Assembly: GCF_049240545.1 (NCBI RefSeq)
Contig: NZ_JBMLSK010000371.1
Coordinates: forward strand, 21,608-85,607
Direction: 5' to 3'
Origin: Roseateles sp.
GTDB lineage: Bacteria; Pseudomonadota; Gammaproteobacteria; Burkholderiales; Burkholderiaceae_C
DNA: 64,000 bases
Shown: in pieces, positions 18,660 to 27,424 of the stretch
Layout: each line of letters opens with the position of its first letter
Position numbering within the stretch: position 1 is the first letter of the stretch
Made by a program: the position numbers and the translations under genes
Notes under the pieces: generated by a model
Database searches by the model: none
Told to the model about the DNA's origin: nothing
What the model saw: only the letters and a program-made list of their open reading frames with translations

Positions 18660-21422
18660 ATGAGCACCCCCTTCAACACCTCGCGCACTGCCCCGGAGCG
18701 CCTGCGCCTGAACACCCTCGCCCTGGCCTGCCTGCTGCTGTCCGGCCCCGCCGCGCTGGCCGCACCCGGCGGCCGCACCACCATCGTCGTCAGCACGGGC
18801 GACAGCCTCAGCGGCTTGGAGGCAGGCACCACAATCAGCCAGGTGCAGGGGCCTCTCTCCTTGGGCGAGGCCGGGGATCTCGGCTTCATGAGCTTACTGG
18901 CCGGCAAGTCGGTCACCAAGGGCAACGATGCCGCCTACTGGCAGGGCACGACGCTGGCCGCGCGGGAAGGCGCGGCCGTCAATGGGCTGGCCAAGGGCCA
19001 GACGCTGTTCGGCTTCAACCCATTGGGTGACGGTAGCTTCATGGGCTTCATCACCGGGCCGGGCACCGTCTCGGGCAACGAGGTGGGTCTGTGGTCCGGC
19101 GGACAGTTGCTGGCACGGACCGGCACCCTGATCAGCAAAGACCTGGCCGGCCGCGCCGTAAACGGCCAGTTGACACGCATCGACAACACCTGGCGCAGCC
19201 GCAGCGGTGCGCTGCTGTACAGCGCACCGCTGCAAAGCAGCAGCACCCCGTCCGACCCGGCCCGCCACAGCCTGTGGCGCGACGGCAGCCTGCTCCGGCT
19301 CAGCGGCGACGCAGCCCCGGGGCTGGCGGGTAGCTTCACCGAGTTCCTCCAAGCCGACAGCAATGCCACTGGAGCGCTGGCCTTCGTCGCCAACCACAAC
19401 GACACCAGCCAGCGCTTCACCGGCGCCACGTCGGGCCTAGTGGTGCAGCAGGGCGTATGGCGCGGCCAGACGCTGCTGGCACGCTCGGGCGGCAGCGCGG
19501 CCGGCACGGGGCAGAGGTTCATCAATTTCAGCCAGGTGATGCTGGCCGACAACGGCCAAGTGGCCTACAGCGCGCGGGTGACGCCACAAGACTTCAACCA
19601 AAGCGAGCTGTCGATCTGGCGGGACAACGCCCTGGTGGCGCTGTCGGGGAGCTTCATCAGCGTGGCGGGACAGAACTTCAGGCTGGGCGACCCCGGCCTG
19701 CACGGCATTGCCCGCGACGGCGCGGTTGTCTATGAAGGCCGACTGATCGGCAACAGCGAAACACTGGACGCCCTGTGGCGCGACCAGGTCGTGCTGGCCC
19801 ACACCGGCCAAGCCAGCAGCGCAGACGGCCTGCAAAACCTGGCGCTGGGCGGCCTGAGCTTCCGCACACTGGCCAAGGGCGGGCAGGTATTGATGCAGAC
19901 ACAGCTGGTGGGCGCAGGCGTGACCACCAGCAATGACCACGCACTCGTGCTGACCGATGGCATCGAGCAGGTGCTGGTGGCCCGCACCGGCGACGCGGTG
20001 GGCAGCAGCGACGTGGTGCTGCGTCTGGGGGCTGCCACCGTTAACGACAAGGGCCAGGTGGCCTACCAGGCTGATCTCACCAAGGGCAAGGAGAACGCCT
20101 CCATCTTCACGCCAACGCTGCGCTGGCGCGGCAGCGGCAGCAGTGGCAGCTGGAGCGACACGGCGAACTGGACGCTCGGCCTCAACCCGGCCGACGTACA
20201 CGACGTAGTGCTGGACGCCAACAGCCGTCTCACCGTGACTGGCCCGACCGGCACGGTGAGCGTGAAGACGCTGCAGCTGGGCGCCGGCGGCGGCACCGGC
20301 CTGACCACGCTGACCATGTCCGGCGGGCGCATCAACGCCGACAGCGTGCGTGTCGGCGCGCTGGGCGTGCTCAGCGGCCACGGCAGCTTCGACGGCTTCG
20401 TGCACAACCAAGGTGTGCTGCAGGTGGAGCATCTGCAGATCACGGGCGGACTGGAGAACGCGGGCAGCGTGCGGGCGTCCACCGGCTTCGGCAGCCGGCT
20501 GGAGGCCAACCTCAACAACAGCAGCACCGGGCGCGTGCGCGTGGGCAGCGGCGAGCTGTTGCAGCTGATCGGTAAGGCGCATCAGAACGCTGGCGTTGTG
20601 GAGGTCAACGGCGGCCGGCTGGAAACCACGGGTGACCTGGCCAACGCCCGGGGTGGCATCGTCGATCTGAAGAACGCCACTGCGGTGGCCGACGGCGCCT
20701 GGCGCAACGACATCGGCGGCCGGCTGTTGATGAACGACGCTCGGCTGAGCACCAGCAGCGGCCTGGCCAACGCCGGCCAGGTGCTGATCACGTCGGGCAG
20801 CAGCGAGTTCTTCGGTGCGGTGACGAACCAAAAGGCCGGCCAGATCCTGCTTTCCGGCCAAGGTACGACCACCTTCTACGACACCGTGGACCTGCAGGCA
20901 AACAGCGAGCTGCGCACCTCGGCCGGCGCCACCGCCGTGTTCTTCGGCGCGGTGGCGCAGCGCAGCGGCGCCTTGCTCACGGGCACGGGCCACAAGTACT
21001 TCGAAGGTGGCTTCAGCGTCGGCAACTCGCCCGGCCTGGGAGAGGATGCAGGCAACGTCAGCTTCGGTCTGGGCAATGTCTACCTGGCCGAGCTCGGCGG
21101 CACCGAGCTGGGAAGCAGTTATGACCATTACCGCGTGGCCGGCACACTGACCCTGGGAGGCACGCTCAAGCTCACCTCCTTCGCCGGCTTCAGCGGCCAG
21201 GCCGGGCAGAGCTTCGACCTGTTCGACTGGGGCACGCTGCAAGGCGAGTTCAGCAGCATCGACAGCAGCGGCTTGCTGCTGGCCGAGGGTGCGCAGTTGG
21301 ATCTGTCGCGGCTGTACATCGATGGTGTGATCGGCGTGACGGCCGTGCCCGAGCCGCAGCAATGGGCCTTGTTGCTGAGCGGGCTGGGGCTATTGGCTTG
21401 GCGGCGACGCCCGGCGCGGTGA
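18660..21422 (+). CDS. Large PEP-CTERM surface protein: repeat (propeller-like) N-half plus autotransporter-passenger-like beta-helix C-half
   Basis: Signal peptide; 7 repeats of the xLWRDxxLLARxG type with N-x-x-G-x-x-A-F/Y motifs; G/N-rich beta-helix; GNSPG, GGTLKL, QSFDLFDW; tail VPEPQQWALLLSGLGLLAWRRR. Confidence 0.88.
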   Translation: MSTPFNTSRTAPERLRLNTLALACLLLSGPAALAAPGGRTTIVVSTGDSLSGLEAGTTISQVQGPLSLGEAGDLGFMSLLAGKSVTKGNDAAYWQGTTLAAREGAAVNGLAKGQTLFGFNPLGDGSFMGFITGPGTVSGNEVGLWSGGQLLARTGTLISKDLAGRAVNGQLTRIDNTWRSRSGALLYSAPLQSSSTPSDPARHSLWRDGSLLRLSGDAAPGLAGSFTEFLQADSNATGALAFVANHNDTSQRFTGATSGLVVQQGVWRGQTLLARSGGSAAGTGQRFINFSQVMLADNGQVAYSARVTPQDFNQSELSIWRDNALVALSGSFISVAGQNFRLGDPGLHGIARDGAVVYEGRLIGNSETLDALWRDQVVLAHTGQASSADGLQNLALGGLSFRTLAKGGQVLMQTQLVGAGVTTSNDHALVLTDGIEQVLVARTGDAVGSSDVVLRLGAATVNDKGQVAYQADLTKGKENASIFTPTLRWRGSGSSGSWSDTANWTLGLNPADVHDVVLDANSRLTVTGPTGTVSVKTLQLGAGGGTGLTTLTMSGGRINADSVRVGALGVLSGHGSFDGFVHNQGVLQVEHLQITGGLENAGSVRASTGFGSRLEANLNNSSTGRVRVGSGELLQLIGKAHQNAGVVEVNGGRLETTGDLANARGGIVDLKNATAVADGAWRNDIGGRLLMNDARLSTSSGLANAGQVLITSGSSEFFGAVTNQKAGQILLSGQGTTTFYDTVDLQANSELRTSAGATAVFFGAVAQRSGALLTGTGHKYFEGGFSVGNSPGLGEDAGNVSFGLGNVYLAELGGTELGSSYDHYRVAGTLTLGGTLKLTSFAGFSGQAGQSFDLFDWGTLQGEFSSIDSSGLLLAEGAQLDLSRLYIDGVIGVTAVPEPQQWALLLSGLGLLAWRRRPAR

Positions 21423-21483
21423 GCCCTGCAGCAGCTAGCTAACTGGGAGGCTGGCTGTCCGGCCGGCCGGCCAGCGAATGATG

Positions 21484-23187
21484 TCAGTCGAGCACGACTT
21501 CCGTGCGCACCGTGCCCGCCCGCTCCGCGCTGGCCGTCAGCGCCAGCCGTGTGCCCTTGGGCGCACGCACCACCCACTCGCCGATGGCACGGTCGGCAGT
21601 CAGTTCACGGGTGGGCAAGAAGGCTTGCTGCGAACTCTTGGGGGCATGACCCTCCAACTGCGGGCCTTCCATGCGTTCTTTGCCGCTGACCAGGCTCACG
21701 GTCGGATCCAGCGCAGGCAAGTGGATCTCGAACATCACGCCGCGCACCACCTTGCGCTCCAGCGCCCGCTTGGTCACATAGGCCGGCAAATAGCCGCTGT
21801 TGGCCACCGCCATGCGGATGCGCCAGCTGTCGGGGCCGAGGGCGCGCACCTCGGTGCGCAGCAACTCCAGCTTGGGCAGGCTCAGGGCGATCTGGTTCAT
21901 CCAGGCCGGGAAGCGCGCCGCCTCGCGTTCGCGCAGAGCGGGTGGCGGATTGCGCCAGTAGTTCATCTTGTCCCAACCGCCAATCTCGACGTCACCGAGC
22001 TGCGGGTGATGAAAGGGCTTCCAGTCCACATAGGCCTGGCCGCCGCATTGCTCATCGCTCCATTTCAAGAGCTTCAAATCGTCTTCCACCGGGTGCTCGC
22101 GGTACCAGTCGATCCATTTGTAGCCTTCGATGCCGGCTTCCTTGTTGGGTGACCAAATTTCCACCACCCAGAACAGCGCGCCCAGATGCTCATAGACCCA
22201 GTCTTGCGTGCCGGTGATGACTTCCTTGGGGTGGTATTTGAAGTCGTGCCAAATGCTGATGGCGGGGTAGCCGCTGTGCTTTTCACCCAGGGCCGAGAAG
22301 CGCTTGTAGCTCCACAAATCCTCGGGAATCATGTCATCGTCGCTCTGCGAACCCATGGGGCGCAGGATCACGCCGCTGTGGGTGTGATAGCTGATGGCCG
22401 CGCCAATATTCGGGTGGGTGGTGATGAAGTCCACCATGGCCCGCACCTCGGGCTCGCTGGTTGGATAAGGCCCGGCGCCCACCTGCTTGTGCTCCTGCCG
22501 CCACTCGCTGGGGAAGTTGCGGTTCAAGTCCAGGCCTTCGCGGTCTTTGTTGACGGTGACGGTCAGGCCGTCATGGTTCTTGATGAAGCCTTCCGGGTAG
22601 AGGCGGTAGTACTCGCCGCCAAACTCGCCCGGCTCGCGCGCCACCAGCAGGCGCGGCTCGGTGGGGTGTTTTTTGTAGGGACCGTGCGGGTCGGGCACAC
22701 GCATGCTGAGCATGCGGCCATCGCCGTCCACGTCTTCGGGCGTGAGGCCATCGACCGGCTCTTCGTCAAAGGGGTAGGGCCGGGTCGAAGAACGGATGTG
22801 ACGCGGCCGGTCGGCCAGCGCCAGCTCGGCACCATCTGGGTTCAGGCGCGGCACCATATAGACCGCCCGGGTGTCCAGCAGCTGCGTCACTTGCGGGTCG
22901 CTGCCATAACCGCTGAGCAGATGGTGCAGGTAGTACAAGCAGGTGGTCGAAGCGGTCAGCTCGGCGGCGTGGATATTGCCGTCCAGCCAGAAGGCGGGCT
23001 TGTCCACATCGGCGCCGGTGACGGTATTGGTCAAGACCAGCACCCAGATGGCGCGCCCCTCGTGGCTGCGGCCGATGGAGCGCACCGACACCAGATTGGG
23101 GCAGGCCTCAGCATAGGCAAACAGCAACTCGGTCAAGGGCTCATAGCGATAGAACTCATCGAATCGAGGGGTCGGGAGTGCAGCCAT
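21484..23187 (-). CDS. M14-family zinc carboxypeptidase (no signal peptide)
   Basis: DGNIHAAE (HxxE), NPDG, DLNRNFP, SYHTHSG (third Zn ligand), VEIWS catalytic Glu. Confidence 0.92.
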   Translation of the reverse strand: MAALPTPRFDEFYRYEPLTELLFAYAEACPNLVSVRSIGRSHEGRAIWVLVLTNTVTGADVDKPAFWLDGNIHAAELTASTTCLYYLHHLLSGYGSDPQVTQLLDTRAVYMVPRLNPDGAELALADRPRHIRSSTRPYPFDEEPVDGLTPEDVDGDGRMLSMRVPDPHGPYKKHPTEPRLLVAREPGEFGGEYYRLYPEGFIKNHDGLTVTVNKDREGLDLNRNFPSEWRQEHKQVGAGPYPTSEPEVRAMVDFITTHPNIGAAISYHTHSGVILRPMGSQSDDDMIPEDLWSYKRFSALGEKHSGYPAISIWHDFKYHPKEVITGTQDWVYEHLGALFWVVEIWSPNKEAGIEGYKWIDWYREHPVEDDLKLLKWSDEQCGGQAYVDWKPFHHPQLGDVEIGGWDKMNYWRNPPPALREREAARFPAWMNQIALSLPKLELLRTEVRALGPDSWRIRMAVANSGYLPAYVTKRALERKVVRGVMFEIHLPALDPTVSLVSGKERMEGPQLEGHAPKSSQQAFLPTRELTADRAIGEWVVRAPKGTRLALTASAERAGTVRTEVVLD

Positions 23188-23277
23188 GAGGTCTCAGATC
23201 AAGTGGAATGGATCGGCCCATTCTGCCCAAACACGGCGGCTTGTATAGCCGGGACTCCCCGCCCCTTGACACCAAGA

Positions 23278-24051
23278 CTATTGGCCCTTGAACAGGCCCT
23301 GGAACTGCCGCGACACCGGCAATTTCTCGTCCCGGCCTTTCAGGGTGATGTGCATGCTGTTTTCGTCCACCCGCACCGCGCTGGCGATATGGCGGCTGTT
23401 GACCAGCACCGAGCGGTGCAGCTGCCAGAACAGTTCGTGATCCAGTTGGGCCAGCATCTCCTTGAGCGGCGTTCGGATCAGCGCCTCGCCGCCTTGGTAG
23501 ACGACACGGGTGTAGCGGTTGTCACTCTCAAAGTAGATCACCTCTTCGGGGGCGATCAGCTTGATCTCACGCCCCAGGGAGGCTTGGATCGGCCGTGAGA
23601 CGGGCCTGGCAGCGGGTAGCAACTCTTTCAGCAGCTTTTGCAAATCCGAGGTGGGTGCAGCAGGGGTCGTGGCGTTAGCCAGGCGGGCGCGAATCCGCTG
23701 CAGCGCCTGCGCCAGCCGCGCGTCTTCCACCGGTTTGACGCAATAGTCCACCGCGCCCGCTTCAAAGGCCGACAAGGCGTGGTCACCATAGGCCGTCACA
23801 AACACCACCTGCGGCGGCGCGGCCAGCTCACTCAGGCGCTTGGCCACCTCCAGGCCGCTGAGGCCCGGCATGCGGATGTCCAGAAAACACAAATCCGGTT
23901 CGTGGGCCAGATAGTCATCCCAGGCGTCGACGCCGTTTTCACTGGCAGCCACGATCTGCAACTCAGGCCACAGGCGCTGGAGCGCGGCGCGCAACTGTTC
24001 GCGCGGACCTTCTTCATCGTCGGCGATCAGGGCTTTGACTGGGTTCATCAT
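23278..24051 (-). CDS. LytTR-family response regulator
   Basis: LIADDE, FLDIRMPG, DYCVKP, LytTR FWQLHRSVLVN...LPVSR; ATGA overlap with the kinase stop. Confidence 0.95.
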   Translation of the reverse strand: MMNPVKALIADDEEGPREQLRAALQRLWPELQIVAASENGVDAWDDYLAHEPDLCFLDIRMPGLSGLEVAKRLSELAAPPQVVFVTAYGDHALSAFEAGAVDYCVKPVEDARLAQALQRIRARLANATTPAAPTSDLQKLLKELLPAARPVSRPIQASLGREIKLIAPEEVIYFESDNRYTRVVYQGGEALIRTPLKEMLAQLDHELFWQLHRSVLVNSRHIASAVRVDENSMHITLKGRDEKLPVSRQFQGLFKGQ

Positions 24052-25208
24052 GCTTGAGTTCCCTCGGTTTCGATGTGGAGTTGTGACAGGCAGCCGGGCG
24101 TCAAAGCCGTCAGGCTCAAGCGTGCCCGTTCGCCATACAGCTGCTGCAGGCGGGCGCGCGAATTGGCCAGCCCGGTGCCGTCTTCGGCTTGCGGACTCAG
24201 GCCGGCACCATCGTCGCCCACCTCGATCAAGACCTGACCCTGCGCCGGACGGCTCGCCCGCACCTCGATGCGGCCGCCTCGCAGCGCCGGCTCAATGCCG
24301 TGACCAATGGCGTTCTCCACCAAAGTCAGCAAGAGGCCAGGTGGCAGCGGCAGCGGCAGCGACTCGTCCACGCCCTCGCCGAGCTCGACGCTCCACTGCA
24401 GCCGGGCCCCCATGCGCGCCTGCATCACCTCCAGATAGCTGCGCACGATTTGCAGCTCTTCTTGCAGCGTCAAGCTCTCGCGCTCAAACATTGGCAAGGT
24501 GGCGCGCAGGTACTGAGTGAAGGAGCGCAAGGTGCTGCCGGCCCGCGGGTCTTGGGTGTCCACCCAATGCTGGACCGAGGCCAGGGTGTTGAACAAAAAA
24601 TGCGGCTGGATCTGCGCGGTAGCGAGGCGGCGAGCCAGCTTCAGGTTCTGTGCCTGCTCCTCCAACTCGCGCAGCTTGGCCTCGATCTGCTGCACCCGAA
24701 TGACGACCAAGAAGAACCAGGCCGTCAAAGCCAACACCACGCCAGCCACAAAGGCGAGCATCAGGCCCCTCGTCTCCGTGTGATCCAAGTCGGGGCCCAA
24801 ACCCAAGGGCTGAAACTTCAGCCACAGCAAGACGCCCAACATCAGCAACACGCAAGCCAGGGTGGACAGATTCAAGCGGGTGCGCGTCGGCTGCCGCCAC
24901 AGGGACTTTGCCACCCAAAGCCCGGCATAGCTCAGGGACAAGGCGCCCAGCACGACCCAGATGACCAAGTTGCGGGGCAACAGGTTGTAGTTGATCGCCA
25001 GCAGCGCCAACACATTGCCATAGACGTAGTGGTCAATCGAGCCCGGCCAAGGCTGGTCGCCAGCGCGCGCCATCTCGTCGGCGCTGAACACCCGGCGCGG
25101 GCCAGGCCAGACCCATTGGCTCCAATCGAGCTTGAGCTTCTGTGCATCCTTGTCGGACGGGGGGGAGGAAGAGCATCGCATGGCCGGCAGTCTAGGCCAG
25201 GCTCGCAA
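24048..25208 (-). CDS. LytS-type sensor histidine kinase (start uncertain, possibly 25181)
   Basis: TM region, AQIQPHFLFNTL, LTLVENAIGHG, DDGAG, GTGLANSRARL. Confidence 0.92.
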   Translation of the reverse strand: MRAWPRLPAMRCSSSPPSDKDAQKLKLDWSQWVWPGPRRVFSADEMARAGDQPWPGSIDHYVYGNVLALLAINYNLLPRNLVIWVVLGALSLSYAGLWVAKSLWRQPTRTRLNLSTLACVLLMLGVLLWLKFQPLGLGPDLDHTETRGLMLAFVAGVVLALTAWFFLVVIRVQQIEAKLRELEEQAQNLKLARRLATAQIQPHFLFNTLASVQHWVDTQDPRAGSTLRSFTQYLRATLPMFERESLTLQEELQIVRSYLEVMQARMGARLQWSVELGEGVDESLPLPLPPGLLLTLVENAIGHGIEPALRGGRIEVRASRPAQGQVLIEVGDDGAGLSPQAEDGTGLANSRARLQQLYGERARLSLTALTPGCLSQLHIETEGTQA

Positions 25209-25258
25209 TGTCGATTGGCCGGATGCGGCGAACTGCGGATCGCCGCGCCGAATGGCGC

Positions 25259-26017
25259 TTAAACCGACATCAACTCACCGCCGACAAACACCTTCAACTC
25301 GCCGGGCTGGAAAGCCACCCAGGGCTCGTCGCGAGTCAGCGGCTCGGTGGCAATGATGGCCACGCGGTCTTGCGAGGTGGTGTGCGCCGCGAAGTCCACG
25401 CTCATGTCTTCGTCTTGCAAATGCACCCGGCCAAAGGGGTGGGCGCGCAGCAAGTAATGCAAATGGGTGGAGCCATGCGCCCACAAGGCCTGACCGTTGG
25501 AGAGCAGCATATTGAAGGTGCCAAAGGCGTTGAGCTGCGGCATCAGCTCGGCCAGCGTGCGGGTCAGCTCGGCAATGCTGGGCACATCGCAATGCGCCTT
25601 GGCCAGCTCCTGCATCAGCCAACAAAAGGCGCGCTCGCTGTCGGTCTGGCCGACCGGCTTGAAGGCCGCATGCAGGCGTGGCTCAAAGTCCTTCAAATTG
25701 CCGTTGTGGGCAAACACCCAGTAGCGGCCCCACAGCTCGCGCTGGAAGGGATGGGTGTTCTCCAGCGAGACCTGGCCCTGCGTGGCCTTGCGGATATGGG
25801 CAATGACGTTATCGCTCTTGATCGGGTAGCGCTGCACCAACTCGGCCAAGGGTGAGACCCGCGCACTGTGGTGGTCGACAAAATGGCGCAGGCCGCGTCC
25901 CTCGAAGAAAGCAATGCCAAAGCCGTCTTTGTGTTCATCGGCGCGATTGGCCAGACCGGTGAAGCTGAACATCACATCGGTGGGCACATTGGCATTCATG
26001 CCGAGCAGTTGGCACAT
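25259..26017 (-). CDS. yafJ: Class II glutamine amidotransferase (YafJ/EgtC-like)
   Basis: N-terminal MCQLLG (Ntn Cys), HKDGFG, IAHIRKAT, ENTHPF, FAHNG, TDSE. Confidence 0.9.
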   Translation of the reverse strand: MCQLLGMNANVPTDVMFSFTGLANRADEHKDGFGIAFFEGRGLRHFVDHHSARVSPLAELVQRYPIKSDNVIAHIRKATQGQVSLENTHPFQRELWGRYWVFAHNGNLKDFEPRLHAAFKPVGQTDSERAFCWLMQELAKAHCDVPSIAELTRTLAELMPQLNAFGTFNMLLSNGQALWAHGSTHLHYLLRAHPFGRVHLQDEDMSVDFAAHTTSQDRVAIIATEPLTRDEPWVAFQPGELKVFVGGELMSV

Positions 26018-26023
26018 CGCAAC

Positions 26024-27286
26024 TCAACCTTCAAAAAACAAACGCTTGATGCCCTTCAGGCTGATCAAGTTGCCGGGATTGCTGGTCTCGTTCAAAACCC
26101 CGCTCATGCGGCGGCGCAGGCGCTCGCTCTTGTTGCCGCGCCAGATCAAGAGATCGATCAACCAGGGGTGCGCGTTGACCTTGTTGGCGCGCTCGTACAG
26201 GTCGAACTTGGGCTTCAGTGCCAGCAGGCTTTGCTCGTAGGCGGCACGCACCTGGGCCTCGTCCCAAGCCTTGCTACGCCCGGCCAGCACCGCGTCGGCC
26301 GCCAGCATGCCGGTCTCCATGGCCTTGCCAATGCCTTCGCCGGTGAAGGAATAAGTGCTGCCAGCGGCCTCGCCCGTGGCCAGCAGACCGGGCCGGCTCC
26401 ACTTGGCGCCACTCAGCGTGCAGCGCAGCGGCGCGCCTTTCAGGTCACCCAGCAACTCGCCCTCGCGCATCAGCTCCGCCGCCGGCGGGTAATGCTCGAC
26501 AAAGGCGTCGAAGATCTTGCGCAGGTTCAACTCTTTTTTGGCACCCTTGCCGCCGACCGCCTTGTGGCTGTCGGTCACGCCCACGCCGATATTGAAGCAG
26601 CCATCCGGCGCGGGGAAGATCCAGCCATAGCCCGGCTGCACCGCTTTGCACCAGACCACTTCCATGGCCTTGATGCGCCCCACCATCGCCGGCGCGCGCA
26701 CATAGCCCCGCAAAGCCACGCCACTGGGGGTGTGGCGTTCGCACAGGCCGGCAGCCGTCAAGGCCTTGGGCACCGCGCCGGTGGCCAGAATCACCCAGTC
26801 GGCGCGCAGCTCCTGCTGCCCATCGCCGACCTTCAGTTGCGCGCCGATGACGCGTTGCTGCGCAGCGTCCAAGAGCGGCGCCTCAAAGCGCACCGGCGCA
26901 AAAAACTTGGCTCCCGCTTCCTGGGCAGCGACGCAGAGGATTTCATCCAGTTGCTGGCGCGGCAACACGGCCAAGGTGCCCGGCACATCGATGCGCCCGC
27001 CACGCGGCCCGATGCAAGCCACATGCGCGACCGGCTCGGCGCGCGCCATGACGCGATCCAAAAGACCCAAACGCGCCAAGGCGGCGTGCGAATCGGGGAT
27101 CAGGCCGTCGCCACAAATCTTGTCGCGGCCCTGCGGCTGCTGGTCCACCAAGACCACATCGACGCCTGCCTGCGCCAAGACCCGCGCACAAGCACTGCCG
27201 GCCGGCCCTGCGCCAATGATCAAAACTTCGCATGCCTGAGGGAGCGCTGCGGGGGAATGCTGGGGAGTGTGTTCTGACTGAGACAT
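26024..27286 (-). CDS. Geranylgeranyl reductase-family FAD oxidoreductase
   Basis: IIGAGPAGS, RDKICGDGL, GYGWIFP, GEAAG, FTGEGIGKAM. Start ATG 27286 preferred. Confidence 0.9.
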   Translation of the reverse strand: MSQSEHTPQHSPAALPQACEVLIIGAGPAGSACARVLAQAGVDVVLVDQQPQGRDKICGDGLIPDSHAALARLGLLDRVMARAEPVAHVACIGPRGGRIDVPGTLAVLPRQQLDEILCVAAQEAGAKFFAPVRFEAPLLDAAQQRVIGAQLKVGDGQQELRADWVILATGAVPKALTAAGLCERHTPSGVALRGYVRAPAMVGRIKAMEVVWCKAVQPGYGWIFPAPDGCFNIGVGVTDSHKAVGGKGAKKELNLRKIFDAFVEHYPPAAELMREGELLGDLKGAPLRCTLSGAKWSRPGLLATGEAAGSTYSFTGEGIGKAMETGMLAADAVLAGRSKAWDEAQVRAAYEQSLLALKPKFDLYERANKVNAHPWLIDLLIWRGNKSERLRRRMSGVLNETSNPGNLISLKGIKRLFFEG

Positions 27287-27375
27287 GACAGGCGGATCGA
27301 TCGAGTTCTTTTTCTTTTCATGCAGGAGATTCATTCTAGGAGGCTTCAGGCCTGCGACCGCTCCAGGCCGACGCC

Positions 27376-27402
27376 AAAAAAAATGGAGCCCGAAGGCTCC
27401 AT
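27376..27402 (-). terminator. Intrinsic terminator after TonB receptor 1
   Basis: ATGGAGCC-cgaa-GGCTCCAT (UUCG loop on the minus strand) with an A run on the + strand, i.e. a U tract on the minus strand. Confidence 0.9.
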
Positions 27403-27424
27403 GCTTGAGTCTATTCAGACGGCA

